The notes beneath the pieces are model-generated. The model saw nothing but the letters and a program-made list of their open reading frames with translations, searched no databases and had not been told where the DNA came from. A stretch of 64,000 nucleotides of DNA from an uncultured Rikenellaceae bacterium (lineage in GTDB: Bacteria; Bacteroidota; Bacteroidia; Bacteroidales; Rikenellaceae), in the NCBI GenBank assembly GCA_964371475.1, contig CAYJMA010000001.1, positions 2,999 to 66,998 of the forward strand, given 5' to 3'. The translations under genes were made by a program, and so were the position numbers. The stretch's first letter is position 1; each line of letters begins with the position of its first letter. Below, piece after piece: positions 8,856-21,873 of the stretch.

Positions 8856-10415
8856 ATGTTAGATAGCGCTTTGAAAGAGCAGGTTAGAGAATTGTTCTCC
8901 AACCTGCTTGCGCACTATACGCTACGCCTTAGTGCGCCAAGCGGTAGCGGTGATACGCTTGATAGTGCAAAAGAACTGCTCGGCTCTCTTGCCGAGTGCT
9001 CAGAGAATGTTAGCCTTGAGATTGTAAATGGCAGTACGCTCTGTATTGAGCTGCTCAAGGATGGCAAGCAAACCGGAGTTTCGTTTAGAGCAGTGCCAGG
9101 TGGACACGAATTTACCTCGCTACTGCTTGCCATCCTCAATGCTGATGGAAAGGGTAAGAACCTTCCAGATCAATTCACAGCCTCTCGAATAGCGAGACTC
9201 AAGGGAAAAATAAAACTTACGACATATATGTCGTTGACCTGTACGAACTGTCCAGATGTGGTTCAGGCATTAAATGTAGTCGCTTTGATTGCCGATAATG
9301 TTGAGCACGAAGCCGTTGATGGTGCACTCTTTGAGTCTGAGGTCAATAGTCTCAATGTTCAGTCCGTGCCTACGGTATATGCAGATGGGAAGATGTTGCA
9401 CGTAGGTAGGGCAACTCTGGGTGAGTTGCTCGATAAGATAGAGGCTCAGTATGGCACCGATGAGGCGGCGGTTGGTTTCGACGGTGAGGCAAAGAACTAT
9501 GATGTGATAGTTGCAGGAGGAGGTCCAGCAGGTGTTACCGCGGCAATCTATTCGGCTCGTAAGGGACTCAGCGTTGCACTTGTTGCAGGTGCGGTAGGCG
9601 GTCAGGTTAAGGAAACAGTTGCCATCGAGAATTTTATAGCAACGCCTCAGACCACTGGTGCAGAGCTGGCGCAAAACCTGCGAGCACACCTTGGCGACTA
9701 CCAAATCGATGTGCTTGAGAATAGGCAAATCGAGAGTGTGACTATTGACGGCAGTGAGAAGGTCGTGATGGCACGCGGCGGCGAAGAGTTTCGATCTAAG
9801 TATTTGATAGTTGCAACCGGTGCGTCTTGGCGCAAACTTGGAGTTGCTGGCGAGGATGATTATATGGGGCGTGGAGTTGCCTACTGTCCGCACTGCGATG
9901 GACCATTCTATAAAGATAAAGAAGTGGCAGTGGTTGGCGGTGGAAACTCCGGCGTGGAGGCCGCTATTGATCTGGCTGGGATATGCTCCAAGGTTACTGT
10001 TCTTGAGTTTCTCGATGAACTGAAGGCCGATAGTGTACTTCAGGAGAAGTTGCGCTCATTGAGTAATGTTGAGATAAGAACAGGTGTTCAGACAACTGAG
10101 ATCGTTGGCAATGGCGATAAGGTTACGGGTGTTGCCATCAAGGATAGATCTACCGAGAGGGTAGATGAGATTTCACTAAGCGGAGTATTTGTACAGATCG
10201 GGCTTGTGCCAAATAGTGCAGCGGTTCGCGAGCTTGTGGAGGTAAATCGTGGAGGTGAGATCGTTGTTGATCGAAATGGTCGTAGCTCGGAGCTTGGTAT
10301 ATATGGTGCAGGTGATGTGACGGACGTTAGCTACAAACAGATCATTGTTGCAATGGGCGAGGGTGCTAAGGCGGCTCTCGCAGCGTTTGACGACAGGGTA
10401 AGAGGAGTACTATAA
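8856..10415 (+). CDS. ahpF: Alkyl hydroperoxide reductase subunit F
   Basis: 519 aa. N-terminal thioredoxin-like CTNCP motif, FAD site [14 protein letters not shown], redox-active CPHCDG, and second dinucleotide fold [14 protein letters not shown]. Confidence 0.95.
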   Translation: MLDSALKEQVRELFSNLLAHYTLRLSAPSGSGDTLDSAKELLGSLAECSENVSLEIVNGSTLCIELLKDGKQTGVSFRAVPGGHEFTSLLLAILNADGKGKNLPDQFTASRIARLKGKIKLTTYMSLTCTNCPDVVQALNVVALIADNVEHEAVDGALFESEVNSLNVQSVPTVYADGKMLHVGRATLGELLDKIEAQYGTDEAAVGFDGEAKNYDVIVAGGGPAGVTAAIYSARKGLSVALVAGAVGGQVKETVAIENFIATPQTTGAELAQNLRAHLGDYQIDVLENRQIESVTIDGSEKVVMARGGEEFRSKYLIVATGASWRKLGVAGEDDYMGRGVAYCPHCDGPFYKDKEVAVVGGGNSGVEAAIDLAGICSKVTVLEFLDELKADSVLQEKLRSLSNVEIRTGVQTTEIVGNGDKVTGVAIKDRSTERVDEISLSGVFVQIGLVPNSAAVRELVEVNRGGEIVVDRNGRSSELGIYGAGDVTDVSYKQIIVAMGEGAKAALAAFDDRVRGVL

Positions 10416-10425
10416 GATAATAACA

Positions 10426-12492
10426 ATGGAGACAATCTACAACCGAGAGTTAAGTTGGTTGGAGTTTAACCGCAGAGTTATGCAAGAGGCAAAGGATCCA
10501 TCGGTTCCTTTGCTTCAGCGTTTGCGCTTTTTGGGTATATACTCCAACAATCAGGATGAGTTTATAAAGGTGCGAGTAGCAAATTTAATACGCTACTCAT
10601 CGCTGAGCGAGAAGCGACAACCCAAGATGACTGGCGGGTATAGCCCTGCCCACCTTCTGTCGCTTGTAAACGATAGAGTGAACACCTCTCAGCTGGAGTT
10701 TAGAGAGACCTACAATAGCATACTCTCAGAGCTCGAACAACAGGGCGTATATGTTGTAAATCACACGCAGATAAACGACCAACAGAGAGAGTTTTGTTAT
10801 GAGTACTTTAACTCAGTTGTAAGCGTTCGTATGGCACCGATACTGCTGCGTAAGGGTGTTGCTATGCCCTTTTTGCCCGATGGTAAGATCTACCTTGCCG
10901 TGAAGATGCATAGCGAGAAGCGTACTCGACACGCCGTTTTGCAGATACCCGTAAGTGCAGCCTCTCCACGATTCGTGGTACTCCCATCGGCGGAGGGTCG
11001 TACCGATATTATCTTCTTGGATGATATCATCAGGCTCTTTCTTGACGATATATTCTTTATGTTTCCATACACTACAATCTCGGCATATACCTTTAAGATT
11101 GTGCGCGATGCAGAGCTAACACTCGATGATGACGTATCTAAGAGTATGACCGAGAAGATCTTTAAGGGTATAACCAAGCGAGAGCACGGTCGCCCGGTTC
11201 GCTTGGTATATGATAGCGAGATGCCCTCGGATCTCCTTTCAGATATTGCTCGCAAGCTCGGTTTTCGTAGCATAGATCAGCTCCAGGCAGGTAGCCGATA
11301 CCACCTAATGAGCCATCTGATGAAGTTTCCTCGCGTGGCAAAGGAACTTGAGAGCAAGAGTCCCGTACCTATGGAGCATCCTCTGATAGCACCCTATGAG
11401 AGTATAATTAAAGTAATAAAGAAACAAGACATACTCCTTGCCTATCCTTACCATACTTTTAAGCATTTGCTTGATTTTCTTAGAGAAGCCGCCGTTGACC
11501 CTATGGTGCATACCATAAGTATTACTCTGTATCGCACTGCTGAGCACTCGAAGGTTATAACCGCACTGCTCAATGCAGTGAATAATGGCAAGAAGGTGAC
11601 AGCAATGGTGGAACTAAAGGCACGATTTGATGAAGAGGCCAACATCGACTCCACCGAACTATTGCAGCGAGGCGGAGTGAAGGTCATTCACAGTGATGAC
11701 ACTATGAAGGTACACAGTAAGCTAATTCTCATTGAGCGCTCCGAGGGTAGCAACCCAAGTAAAGGATATGTCTACGTTGGCACAGGTAATTTTAATGAAA
11801 ATACGGCTCATATATATAGTGATTTTGGACTTTTGACCTCCGATGATATAGTTGCTGATGATGCTCGTAAAATTTTTGACTACCTGCAAAACACTCATAA
11901 ACACTATAGTTTTAAGAGATTAGTTGTCGCACCCTACGATATGCGAGGCTATATCGAGAAACTTCTTGAGACCGAGATAGCAAATGCACGAAGTGGCAAA
12001 AAGGCATATTTCTACGGTAAGTTTAACTCGCTAACCGATGAGAAGCTCATACAACTTATGTATAGAGCATCAGCAGCAGGAGTGAAGATACGTCTTATAG
12101 TTCGTAGTGCTTGCTGTCTGAAGGCTGAGGTCGAAGGGTTGAGCGAGAACATAAAGGTTAGGAGCATAGTTGATAAGTTTCTCGAACACGCACGAATGAT
12201 AATCTGTTGTAATGGAGGTAAGCCGTTGAGCTATATTTCGAGCGCAGATATTATGACTCGCAACCTCAACCGAAGAGTAGAGGTAGGTGTTCCTATCAGC
12301 AATGGTAAGATTCATAGAACGTTGGTCGATTACTTTAATATTCAGTGGAGCGATAATGTTAAATCTCGTGTTATCGCTGCCCCATACGACAATATGTATG
12401 CTCGTAGTGGTGATGATCCTCACCGTAGCCAAGAGGAGTTATACGATTATTTTGCTCAACAACAACTAAACGCAGCTATAGAGAATGAATAG
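10426..12492 (+). CDS. ppk1: Polyphosphate kinase 1
   Basis: 688 aa. The N-terminus YNRELSWLEFNRRVMQEA and the overall PPK1 architecture with two PLD-like C-terminal domains (HSKL.., HARM..). Confidence 0.93.
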   Translation: METIYNRELSWLEFNRRVMQEAKDPSVPLLQRLRFLGIYSNNQDEFIKVRVANLIRYSSLSEKRQPKMTGGYSPAHLLSLVNDRVNTSQLEFRETYNSILSELEQQGVYVVNHTQINDQQREFCYEYFNSVVSVRMAPILLRKGVAMPFLPDGKIYLAVKMHSEKRTRHAVLQIPVSAASPRFVVLPSAEGRTDIIFLDDIIRLFLDDIFFMFPYTTISAYTFKIVRDAELTLDDDVSKSMTEKIFKGITKREHGRPVRLVYDSEMPSDLLSDIARKLGFRSIDQLQAGSRYHLMSHLMKFPRVAKELESKSPVPMEHPLIAPYESIIKVIKKQDILLAYPYHTFKHLLDFLREAAVDPMVHTISITLYRTAEHSKVITALLNAVNNGKKVTAMVELKARFDEEANIDSTELLQRGGVKVIHSDDTMKVHSKLILIERSEGSNPSKGYVYVGTGNFNENTAHIYSDFGLLTSDDIVADDARKIFDYLQNTHKHYSFKRLVVAPYDMRGYIEKLLETEIANARSGKKAYFYGKFNSLTDEKLIQLMYRASAAGVKIRLIVRSACCLKAEVEGLSENIKVRSIVDKFLEHARMIICCNGGKPLSYISSADIMTRNLNRRVEVGVPISNGKIHRTLVDYFNIQWSDNVKSRVIAAPYDNMYARSGDDPHRSQEELYDYFAQQQLNAAIENE

Positions 12493-13381
12493 AAAGACAC
12501 TTGCCGCAATAGATATAGGTTCTAATGCGATACGTTTGATGATAAATTATGTGGAACAGGCTGATGGTAATGAGGTTGTTTTTAAGCGAGCCGCCTTTTT
12601 GCGAGTCCCTATTCGTTTGGGAGAGGATGTCTTTACAATGGGTGAGATTAGCGATGTAAAGCTTGCGAGTTTGACCGAGGCTATGAAGAGTTTTGCGCAC
12701 TTGCTCAAGACATTCAATACGATTGGTTATCGAGCCTGTGCCACCAGTGCAATGCGTGAGGCACGGAACGGTCAATCGGTTATCGAACACATAGCAAAGG
12801 AGTGTGGCATACAGATCGAGATAATCTCTGGCAAGGAGGAGGCTCAAACAATCTTTGAGGCAGGCGATATGGCAGGATTGATGAACAGCGATCAGACCTA
12901 TCTCTATGTAGATGTTGGAGGGGGTAGCACCGAGGTAACTCTCTATGCAGATCGCAGGCCTGTTCTAAGCGAGTCGTTTCCTATCGGCACAGTTCGTATG
13001 ATTAGTGGTGCTGTTGGCAAGGAGGAGTTTGAGCGGTTTAAGCGTTGGCTCGCCGATATGGCGCTACCGTACTGCCCGGTGGCTATAATAGGCTCAGGTG
13101 GCAATATTAACAAGATTCATAAACTTTTGGGCAAAAAAGACCCCAAAGATCCACTTCGTTTTGTCGAAATGAAGATTCTCTACGACCAACTCAAGTCGAT
13201 GAGCTATGATCAACGCATAAAGAATATGGGCCTTAATGTCTATCGAGCTGATGTAATTATGCCCGCACTAAAGATTTTTCTTACCAGTGCAAAGGTATGC
13301 AAGATCGATAAGGTAATAGTTCCCAAGATCGGATTGGCAGATGGCGTAATCCACAAGTTGGCATTAGGAGCTTCATCCTAA
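12485..13381 (+). CDS. ppx: Exopolyphosphatase (Ppx/GppA family)
   Basis: 298 aa. ASKHA-fold N-terminus AAIDIGSNAIRL and DVGGGSTE. Overlaps the ppk1 stop by 8 nt. Confidence 0.88.
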   Translation: MNRKTLAAIDIGSNAIRLMINYVEQADGNEVVFKRAAFLRVPIRLGEDVFTMGEISDVKLASLTEAMKSFAHLLKTFNTIGYRACATSAMREARNGQSVIEHIAKECGIQIEIISGKEEAQTIFEAGDMAGLMNSDQTYLYVDVGGGSTEVTLYADRRPVLSESFPIGTVRMISGAVGKEEFERFKRWLADMALPYCPVAIIGSGGNINKIHKLLGKKDPKDPLRFVEMKILYDQLKSMSYDQRIKNMGLNVYRADVIMPALKIFLTSAKVCKIDKVIVPKIGLADGVIHKLALGASS

Positions 13382-13405
13382 GTCGCGGCAGTAGTAGAGT
13401 AGTAG

Positions 13406-13969
13406 TTAGTAGTATATTATCTCTATTTTTTTGCGAAATTCGGACTTTAGAATCCCCGCAATCTCTCGCATAACGTCCACGCGTCGTTCGAGAACTACCG
13501 GTAGTGTTGGATCAAGGTGCGCCTCATTTAGGCGAGTTCCAATGAGCATCGTAATGCTCCGATGGCAAAGCAATAGGTGCGCAATTCTACGATCAATGGT
13601 GTCATTTTTAGAGAAAGTAGTAGATCTATGGCTCGGTTTTGCAAACTCTTTTAGCAGGCTGCGGACGTGACCAAGCGTTATGATACCTTCGCTGGCAAGC
13701 GTAATGGTAGGTATTGAAAGTGCCAGAGGGAGTGTTACTCCACGAGGGTTTGGAATCGTTGATACTCTCAGTCCCAACTCTCTAGCAATAATCTTAGCTG
13801 TTGTACCACCAGATACAATTCTCTTGCCCCCCCACTCTCGAACAATCTGCGCAAACTCTCTATCTTCTTCCCTGTTTAGAGGTGCGCCTGAGCAGAAGAG
13901 TAGTCCAGCAGAGTCGTTCATATAGTTTGTTTGCTCTTCTTTGTAAGTTTGGTTAATCGTCGTTATCAA
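13406..13969 (-). CDS. Hypothetical protein that resembles only the C-terminal half of SpoIIE/PP2C-type regulatory phosphatases (tentative)
   Basis: 187-aa ORF. An alternative start, MNDSAG at 13921, would remove the overlap with the upstream gene. The segment GGKRIVSGGTTAKIIARELG...EGIITLGHV recalls the non-catalytic C-terminal half of hydrogenase-associated SpoIIE-family proteins. No PP2C catalytic half is present. Confidence 0.35.
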   Translation of the reverse strand: MITTINQTYKEEQTNYMNDSAGLLFCSGAPLNREEDREFAQIVREWGGKRIVSGGTTAKIIARELGLRVSTIPNPRGVTLPLALSIPTITLASEGIITLGHVRSLLKEFAKPSHRSTTFSKNDTIDRRIAHLLLCHRSITMLIGTRLNEAHLDPTLPVVLERRVDVMREIAGILKSEFRKKIEIIYY

Positions 13970-14279
13970 GAGTGTCGGTTATACCCTCGCTTTCTTTGAT
14001 CTGCGAGGCAACCTCCTGCTCATTATGCGAGAAAAGCTCCTTTTCAATCTCCTCGTGTCCTTTGTTATCTACCTTAACTGGTACTTTAACAAAATAGATA
14101 GCTTGGTCATCTTCGAGCGTAACACCATAGAAGAAATCACCGTTAGGTTTATCCACTCTGATCATATAGTCAGTGTAACCATCGGGATAGCTCTCCTTGA
14201 GGAGTGATTTGAGGTCATCGCCGAGATTCTCATAACTTATAACAACTCGTCGTTTTGCGGTTGCAGATACTTTAGGCAT
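13953..14279 (-). CDS. Small acidic hypothetical protein
   Basis: 108-aa ORF with good coding appearance. No motif recognised. Confidence 0.45.
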   Translation of the reverse strand: MPKVSATAKRRVVISYENLGDDLKSLLKESYPDGYTDYMIRVDKPNGDFFYGVTLEDDQAIYFVKVPVKVDNKGHEEIEKELFSHNEQEVASQIKESEGITDTLDNDD

Positions 14280-14541
14280 AACAGTTTTTGAAATTAAAAT
14301 AGTGTTTCATTACAACTACATTTGGTCATAGTCAACGCACAAATATATATAAAACCTTAAAAACTAAAACAAAAAAAATAAAAAAAAATGTAAAAAGACA
14401 TATTTTTCGTACTTTTGAGCTGGGAAATTAATAGATGGTAGAAACAAATCGCCATTAGCCTTGCTCAAAACAACACCAACAAGGATTTTCCAAAAGCAGG
14501 ATTATTGAATCAGAATTGATGCAAATAGGCACTACATTTAG

Positions 14542-16557
<2,016 letters not shown>

Positions 16558-16562
16558 ATATT

Positions 16563-17441
16563 ATGAAGAAATTTATGGGCGTAGGAGTTGCCCTTGTTAC
16601 TCCATTTGACAGTAGAGGTGAGGTAGACTACCGTGCATTGAGTGCACTGCTGGAGCATACCAGCGAAGTGGACTACTATGTTGCCTTGGGTACGACCTCC
16701 GAGAGTGCGACACTAAACCCTGAGGAGAAGAACTCCGTGTTGCAACAGATTGTTGAGTATGCCAAGGATAAAAAACCTGTTGTAGTTGGCGTCGGAGGCA
16801 ATAACACAAAGGATGTTGTAGCAGGGGTTGAGCGAGCCAATCAAAGCGGCGCCGATGCAATTCTCTCGGTTGTGCCATACTACAACAAACCCTCACAAGA
16901 GGGCATCTATGGTCACTATGCAGAGGTTCTCAATGCAGCGACACTACCAGTCATTCTCTATAACGTTCCAGGTAGGACGGGTGTCAATATGAGTGCAGAT
17001 ACAACGCTTCGGCTGGCTCACGACTTTCAAAACAAGGCGATAGGGATAAAGGAAGCTTCTGGCAATCTCGGTCAGGCTGCCTATATTCTTCGTGATAGGC
17101 CCGATGAATTTTTGTTCATATCTGGAGATGATAACCTCACACTGCCCATTATAGCATTGGGCGGCGATGGTGTAATTTCGGTTAGCGCCAATTGCTTTTG
17201 TTCAAAGATGTGTTCGATGGTTCACGCAGCTATGAGCGGTGAGTATAAACTCGCTGCAGAGTTAAGTGCAGAGCTTCACGAGGCTACCGATCTGCTCTTT
17301 GCTGAGGGAAATCCAGCTGGCGCAAAACTTGCTCTGCAACTAAAGGGTATCACAGATGCTGTGGTACGCTTGCCACTTGTTGCAGGTAGCGGTAAACTAA
17401 AAATAGAGTTGGAGAAACAGATCAAGAAATATGAACTCTAA
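16563..17441 (+). CDS. dapA: 4-hydroxy-tetrahydrodipicolinate synthase
   Basis: 292 aa. GVGVALVTPF, GTTSES, YNVPGRTG and the Schiff-base lysine context IGIKEASGN. Confidence 0.92.
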   Translation: MKKFMGVGVALVTPFDSRGEVDYRALSALLEHTSEVDYYVALGTTSESATLNPEEKNSVLQQIVEYAKDKKPVVVGVGGNNTKDVVAGVERANQSGADAILSVVPYYNKPSQEGIYGHYAEVLNAATLPVILYNVPGRTGVNMSADTTLRLAHDFQNKAIGIKEASGNLGQAAYILRDRPDEFLFISGDDNLTLPIIALGGDGVISVSANCFCSKMCSMVHAAMSGEYKLAAELSAELHEATDLLFAEGNPAGAKLALQLKGITDAVVRLPLVAGSGKLKIELEKQIKKYEL

Positions 17442-18180
17442 GATCATAATAATCATAGCCTTTTGCGCGGCCTCTCTCACTGCCGTAGCTCAAGGAGGGG
17501 CACCCAATATGGATGCCATAAGAGATTCTATATCTAATCCTTCGTCGTCTTTTTACTATCCGGAGCTATTTGGCAGATATCAAGTGCTCGATACGACCTT
17601 AACGCTTGAGCATTATCACTATCTATATTACGGCTACTGCGAACAACCAACCTATATGCCACTATTGGATAATAGCGCTCGTAAGGAATTAGAGTTTATT
17701 ATTGATTCTGGCGAAAACCCCACAGCCGAAGACTACAAACGAGCCATAGCGCTTACCAAGGCAATCCTCGAAATTGAGCCTTTCAATCCCCGCGATATCA
17801 ATGCTTTGGCCTATTTGTATGCTATGACCGGGAATGAGGTCGAGGCAGAGAAGTTAGGTCGTTCAATGTCTATGATCATAGCTACCATTATGTCGAGTGG
17901 CAGTGGCGTTAGCCGCAAGTCTCCGTGGTGGATTACGTACTTTAATCACGCCGAAGATGTGTTGAGTGTAGAGGGTCTTATCGGGCGAACCCCTATAATA
18001 CTTAGTCGTTCTATCGAGTTTATACCGGTGAAGAATATGCCTAAGAAGAAGCAGAAGGGTGTCTATTTTAATTATTCTGAGATCTATTCTCGAGATGTAA
18101 ACTATCTTGATGGAGTAAGTGCACCGAAGCGAAAGATGAATTTCAATCAGTTGGAGAATACCCCGAAATTTACATATTAA
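17431..18180 (+). CDS. Secreted hypothetical protein (DUF4919-like, tentative)
   Basis: 249 aa with a signal peptide (..ASLTAVAQG). Overlaps the dapA stop by 11 nt. The family assignment is from memory only. Confidence 0.5.
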   Translation: MNSKIIIIIAFCAASLTAVAQGGAPNMDAIRDSISNPSSSFYYPELFGRYQVLDTTLTLEHYHYLYYGYCEQPTYMPLLDNSARKELEFIIDSGENPTAEDYKRAIALTKAILEIEPFNPRDINALAYLYAMTGNEVEAEKLGRSMSMIIATIMSSGSGVSRKSPWWITYFNHAEDVLSVEGLIGRTPIILSRSIEFIPVKNMPKKKQKGVYFNYSEIYSRDVNYLDGVSAPKRKMNFNQLENTPKFTY

Positions 18181-18495
18181 CTTTGGTGTAGAGTTAAGTT
18201 AAGAGTCTGTTAGGGTGATCAAGTGAGAAGTCTCGCTACTTCTCACAATATTCTATAGAGCAGACTACTTAATGCGTAAGGTACCGAACGCTACTCGAAA
18301 TTTGGTAGTTTGCTCTAACTCAAGATGGGCTATCTCGGTGGATCACCGAGAAGATAGACTTTAGTGCTTCATTACGTAGGCGTATAACTGATAGAATAGT
18401 AGCATTTAGAGAGATAACCCTCTATCGACCACTACAGAGAAGAGCAAGGTAGTCTTTACGACACCCATACCCACAAATATAACTGTAGAAAATAC

Positions 18496-19662
18496 CTATG
18501 AAAAATAACTACGCAACTTATCAAAGATATTCTTAGACGATGTCTTTGACTTGGGCTTGAAATTCGCCGATGAACGCAATTTCTCAAGAATCTTTTTCTC
18601 CTCAGCAGATATCGACGTCGGTACAAAAATATCGACAACAACAAGAAGATCACCAACACCATAACCATTTACATCAGGCACGCCCTTGCCCTTGAGTCGT
18701 AGTACTTTGCCTGCATCCGTACCACCCGCAACCTTTACCTTTGCTCGCCCACCTACCGTTGGTATCTCAATCTCAGTACCCAGAGTTGCATCGATAATAC
18801 CAATAGTGAGGTTGTATATCAGGTCATTTCCATCGCGAATGAGCTCCGTGTCAGCCACCTCATCAATTACTACTATTAGATCTCCGTTTTGACCACCACC
18901 ACGTGCCGCATTTCCCTTGCCACTTACCGCCAATTGCATACCAGCGCTAACACCGGCTGGAATCTTAATCTCGACAATCTCCTCCCCACGCACAACACCA
19001 TTACCGCTACACTTCGTACACTTCTCGGTTATGACCTTACCTGCACCCTCACAAGTTGGGCATATGGTCTGAGCGGTTTGCCTTCCAAATATAGTGTTCA
19101 CCTCGCGAACAACACTCCCAGAACCGTTACAAGTGCTACAGGTCTTGTAGCTATTGCTATCCTTTGCACCTGTACCACCGCACTGATCACACTCAATGTT
19201 CTTCGTAATTTTGAGCTTCTTGGTAACGCCCTTTACAATCTCATCAAGAGTTAGAGTAACCTTAATTCTGATGTCTCCACCTCGTTTAACTCCACCACGA
19301 GAACCCCCGCCACCGCCAAAGCCACCACCACCAAAGATGTTGCCAAAACGCTCAAAAATATCATCCATCGAGAATCCTCCGCCACCACCAAATCCACCAA
19401 AGCCGCCAAACCCACCAGCTCCGCCAGAGGCTGAACCAGCACCTGCAGCGTGCCCAAACTGATCATAACGAGCACGTTTATTACCGTCCGATAGCACATC
19501 ATACGCCTCGGCTGCCTCCTTAAACTTATCTTCTGCTTCCTTGTTATCTGGATTCTTGTCAGGGTGATACTTTATAGCGGCCTTTCTATATGCCTTCTTA
19601 ATCTCCTCATCTGTGGCACTCTTGCTAACACCCAGCACCTCATAATAATCTCTTTTACTCAT
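18496..19662 (-). CDS. dnaJ: Molecular chaperone DnaJ
   Basis: J-domain (DYYEVLGV...HPDKN), G/F-rich region and four CxxCxGxG zinc motifs. Confidence 0.97.
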   Translation of the reverse strand: MSKRDYYEVLGVSKSATDEEIKKAYRKAAIKYHPDKNPDNKEAEDKFKEAAEAYDVLSDGNKRARYDQFGHAAGAGSASGGAGGFGGFGGFGGGGGFSMDDIFERFGNIFGGGGFGGGGGSRGGVKRGGDIRIKVTLTLDEIVKGVTKKLKITKNIECDQCGGTGAKDSNSYKTCSTCNGSGSVVREVNTIFGRQTAQTICPTCEGAGKVITEKCTKCSGNGVVRGEEIVEIKIPAGVSAGMQLAVSGKGNAARGGGQNGDLIVVIDEVADTELIRDGNDLIYNLTIGIIDATLGTEIEIPTVGGRAKVKVAGGTDAGKVLRLKGKGVPDVNGYGVGDLLVVVDIFVPTSISAEEKKILEKLRSSANFKPKSKTSSKNIFDKLRSYFS

Positions 19663-19711
19663 ACAAATTCTTAAAATTTAACCTTTTTACTCTCTTTTCA
19701 CAGCCCCACCG

Positions 19712-20257
19712 CTATTCATATACCACCACTTTGGCAAATCGCAGCACCTTATCTCCTATGGTATATCCCTTTTCGACAACATCCATAATAAGTCCTTTTT
19801 GATCGTCGCTCTGGGCAGGAACCTTGGCGATAGCCTCGGCAAAGTCCACATCGAAGGGCTTGCCAAGCACCTCCATCTCACTGACACCCTTGGAGTTCAA
19901 CCCCGAGAGGAACTTTTGATATATGAGTTCCACTCCCGATTTTGCCTCAGCGTCCGTGATATGCTGCAAAGCTCTATCGAAGTCGTCAGCAGTGCCAAGC
20001 ATCATAAGTAACACCTCTGCACCACCATACTGTGCAAGCTCTGCTTTCTCTTTTATGGTACGCTTACGAAAATTATCGAACTCGGCTGACAAACGCATAT
20101 ATTTATCCTGCCATTGTTGTGTTTCCTCTGTCATTTTGTCAGAGTTTTGCTCATCATCACCACTAATACAAACCTCTTCTGGGGTTGTTTGTGAATCAAT
20201 TTGTTCCTCGTTATCGTCCATAAATTGCTGATTTTCAGCTGATTGTTTCTTGTGCAT
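19712..20257 (-). CDS. grpE: Nucleotide exchange factor GrpE
   Basis: 181 aa. YMRLSAEFDNFRKR and a C-terminal beta domain. Immediately upstream of dnaJ on the same strand. Confidence 0.93.
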   Translation of the reverse strand: MHKKQSAENQQFMDDNEEQIDSQTTPEEVCISGDDEQNSDKMTEETQQWQDKYMRLSAEFDNFRKRTIKEKAELAQYGGAEVLLMMLGTADDFDRALQHITDAEAKSGVELIYQKFLSGLNSKGVSEMEVLGKPFDVDFAEAIAKVPAQSDDQKGLIMDVVEKGYTIGDKVLRFAKVVVYE

Positions 20258-20308
20258 TGTCTTTAGTTTAGTTATTCTACCACAATATCTTTTTCAAAAT
20301 CTGTACCA

Positions 20309-21067
20309 CTACACCCCAGTGCGACCTTTCCAGAACTCTCGTGTTTGCGAGCTCTTGTTCCAGCCGTGAACAGCCATCACATCGTCGGGATAGCAGACAG
20401 GAGTCATATCGGCACAGAAGTGAGACGCCTCCTCGGCACTCGGCTTACGCAACTTTGCCACCATTGACCAATATATATCTTCATTCAATCTGCCTCTTTG
20501 TGCACGTCTTGACAGGCGCATATCGGCACACTTCTCCAAAAATACACTCACCCTGCGCAACGAAAAACCACCATTGCCAACCTCCCCCCACTTAAACCAA
20601 TTTGTATGGTACACACCAATAGACCTCACCACCCTGCCAATAAACCTCTTAAACCATCCGAAGCCTCCCAGATCATAGTACCACGGTGCTCCAACATAGT
20701 CATACCCCCTCTCAACCCACTCGCTGAGCCTATCCTCGAAGACATAGCAATCACTCTGATAGATGAGCATATAATCATAACTGTTAAACAGCGAATAGAA
20801 GTGCCTGTCGAGCAACATTTTGTTGTACTGCCTGATACTTGACATCATCTTGGCATCAACTCGCACAGTGCTAAAATTGTTATACTTTTTTTCAATAGCA
20901 GTGATATCCAGACCAGCAGGGGCGATAATTACAATATCGTAGCAATTCCCCCAAATTTCTTGGCACCTATCCAGTGAAATGTATTCACTATCGGAGAGCT
21001 CGGCCCGGTAGATCGGAACAACGATAACTGTACTAAAAGTCGGAGCCATAACTCTCCAAGAATTCAT
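20309..21067 (-). CDS. Hypothetical protein (DUF5672-like, possible glycosyltransferase-related)
   Basis: 252-aa ORF that overlaps the 3' end of surE. An alternative start, MAPTF, lies at 21049. The family call is from memory and weak. Confidence 0.45.
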   Translation of the reverse strand: MNSWRVMAPTFSTVIVVPIYRAELSDSEYISLDRCQEIWGNCYDIVIIAPAGLDITAIEKKYNNFSTVRVDAKMMSSIRQYNKMLLDRHFYSLFNSYDYMLIYQSDCYVFEDRLSEWVERGYDYVGAPWYYDLGGFGWFKRFIGRVVRSIGVYHTNWFKWGEVGNGGFSLRRVSVFLEKCADMRLSRRAQRGRLNEDIYWSMVAKLRKPSAEEASHFCADMTPVCYPDDVMAVHGWNKSSQTREFWKGRTGV

Positions 21068-21818
21068 AATTAGTAAGATCCATCTGAACGGGGACTATTG
21101 TTACGTAGTTCTGAGCAAGGTACGCCTCGTCACTATCGACAGCCTCTGGCTCACCGTTATAGAATCCACCACTCATCCAATAGTAGTTTCGCCCTCGCGG
21201 ATCAACGTTGTGAAGGAAGTCTTCTCGCCACACTCCACGAGTTTGCCTCGCAAACTTTATACCCTTTATCTGATCTATTGCGACATCGGGAACGTTGACA
21301 TTCCAGCACAGCGTAGGGTTAAGCTGGGGTAGGCTAATGGCTCGCTCAATAATCTTACGTCCGTAGTGAATCGCTGCCTCAAGGCTTGAGTTATAGTCGT
21401 GCGAGCAGAGAGAAAATCCAATCGACGGTATTCCATAAAAGGCTCCTTCGGTGGCAGCACCCATCGTACCGCTATATATCACAGATATATTGGAGTTGCT
21501 ACCGTGGTTTACCCCCGAGAGGATCATATCGGGTAGTGAGTGTTTGATTATTTCGTCCAGCGCAAGTTTTATGCAATCTACCGGTGAACCACTACAAGCC
21601 CAAACCGATAGTTTTTTTCCATCCGGGCGCACTTCCTCATCAATTACACTCTCTAAAAACAGAGGAGAGTGCATTGTAATCGAGTGTGACATCCCCGAGT
21701 AGCACCTCTGGGGGGCAACGACAATCACCTCGTCGGCAAACTCCAGAGCAAGTTCCCACAGTGCTTTGATTCCCGGAGCGTCAACTCCGTCATCGTTTGA
21801 TACCAAAATTCTACGCAT
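21033..21818 (-). CDS. surE: 5'/3'-nucleotidase SurE
   Basis: N-terminus RILVSNDDGVDAPGI and GVNHGSN motifs. Confidence 0.93.
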   Translation of the reverse strand: MRRILVSNDDGVDAPGIKALWELALEFADEVIVVAPQRCYSGMSHSITMHSPLFLESVIDEEVRPDGKKLSVWACSGSPVDCIKLALDEIIKHSLPDMILSGVNHGSNSNISVIYSGTMGAATEGAFYGIPSIGFSLCSHDYNSSLEAAIHYGRKIIERAISLPQLNPTLCWNVNVPDVAIDQIKGIKFARQTRGVWREDFLHNVDPRGRNYYWMSGGFYNGEPEAVDSDEAYLAQNYVTIVPVQMDLTNYEFLESYGSDF

Positions 21819-21873
21819 AATCTATAACTATTGATATGAAATTAAACCACAAAGGTATAAAAAAAGTTAGATT

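Noticed and set aside
9270-9893. A long (207-aa) antisense ORF inside ahpF. Similar long antisense ORFs occur at 33656-34237, 40908-41384, 7542-7985 and 44155-44610.
   Set aside because: Each lies opposite a confidently identified conserved gene and has low-complexity or odd composition, with no signal, motif or start context. These are typical shadow ORFs.
10426-13381. ppk1-ppx overlap (8 nt) as something unusual
   Set aside because: A co-operonic, overlapping ppk-ppx arrangement is a well-known and common organisation.
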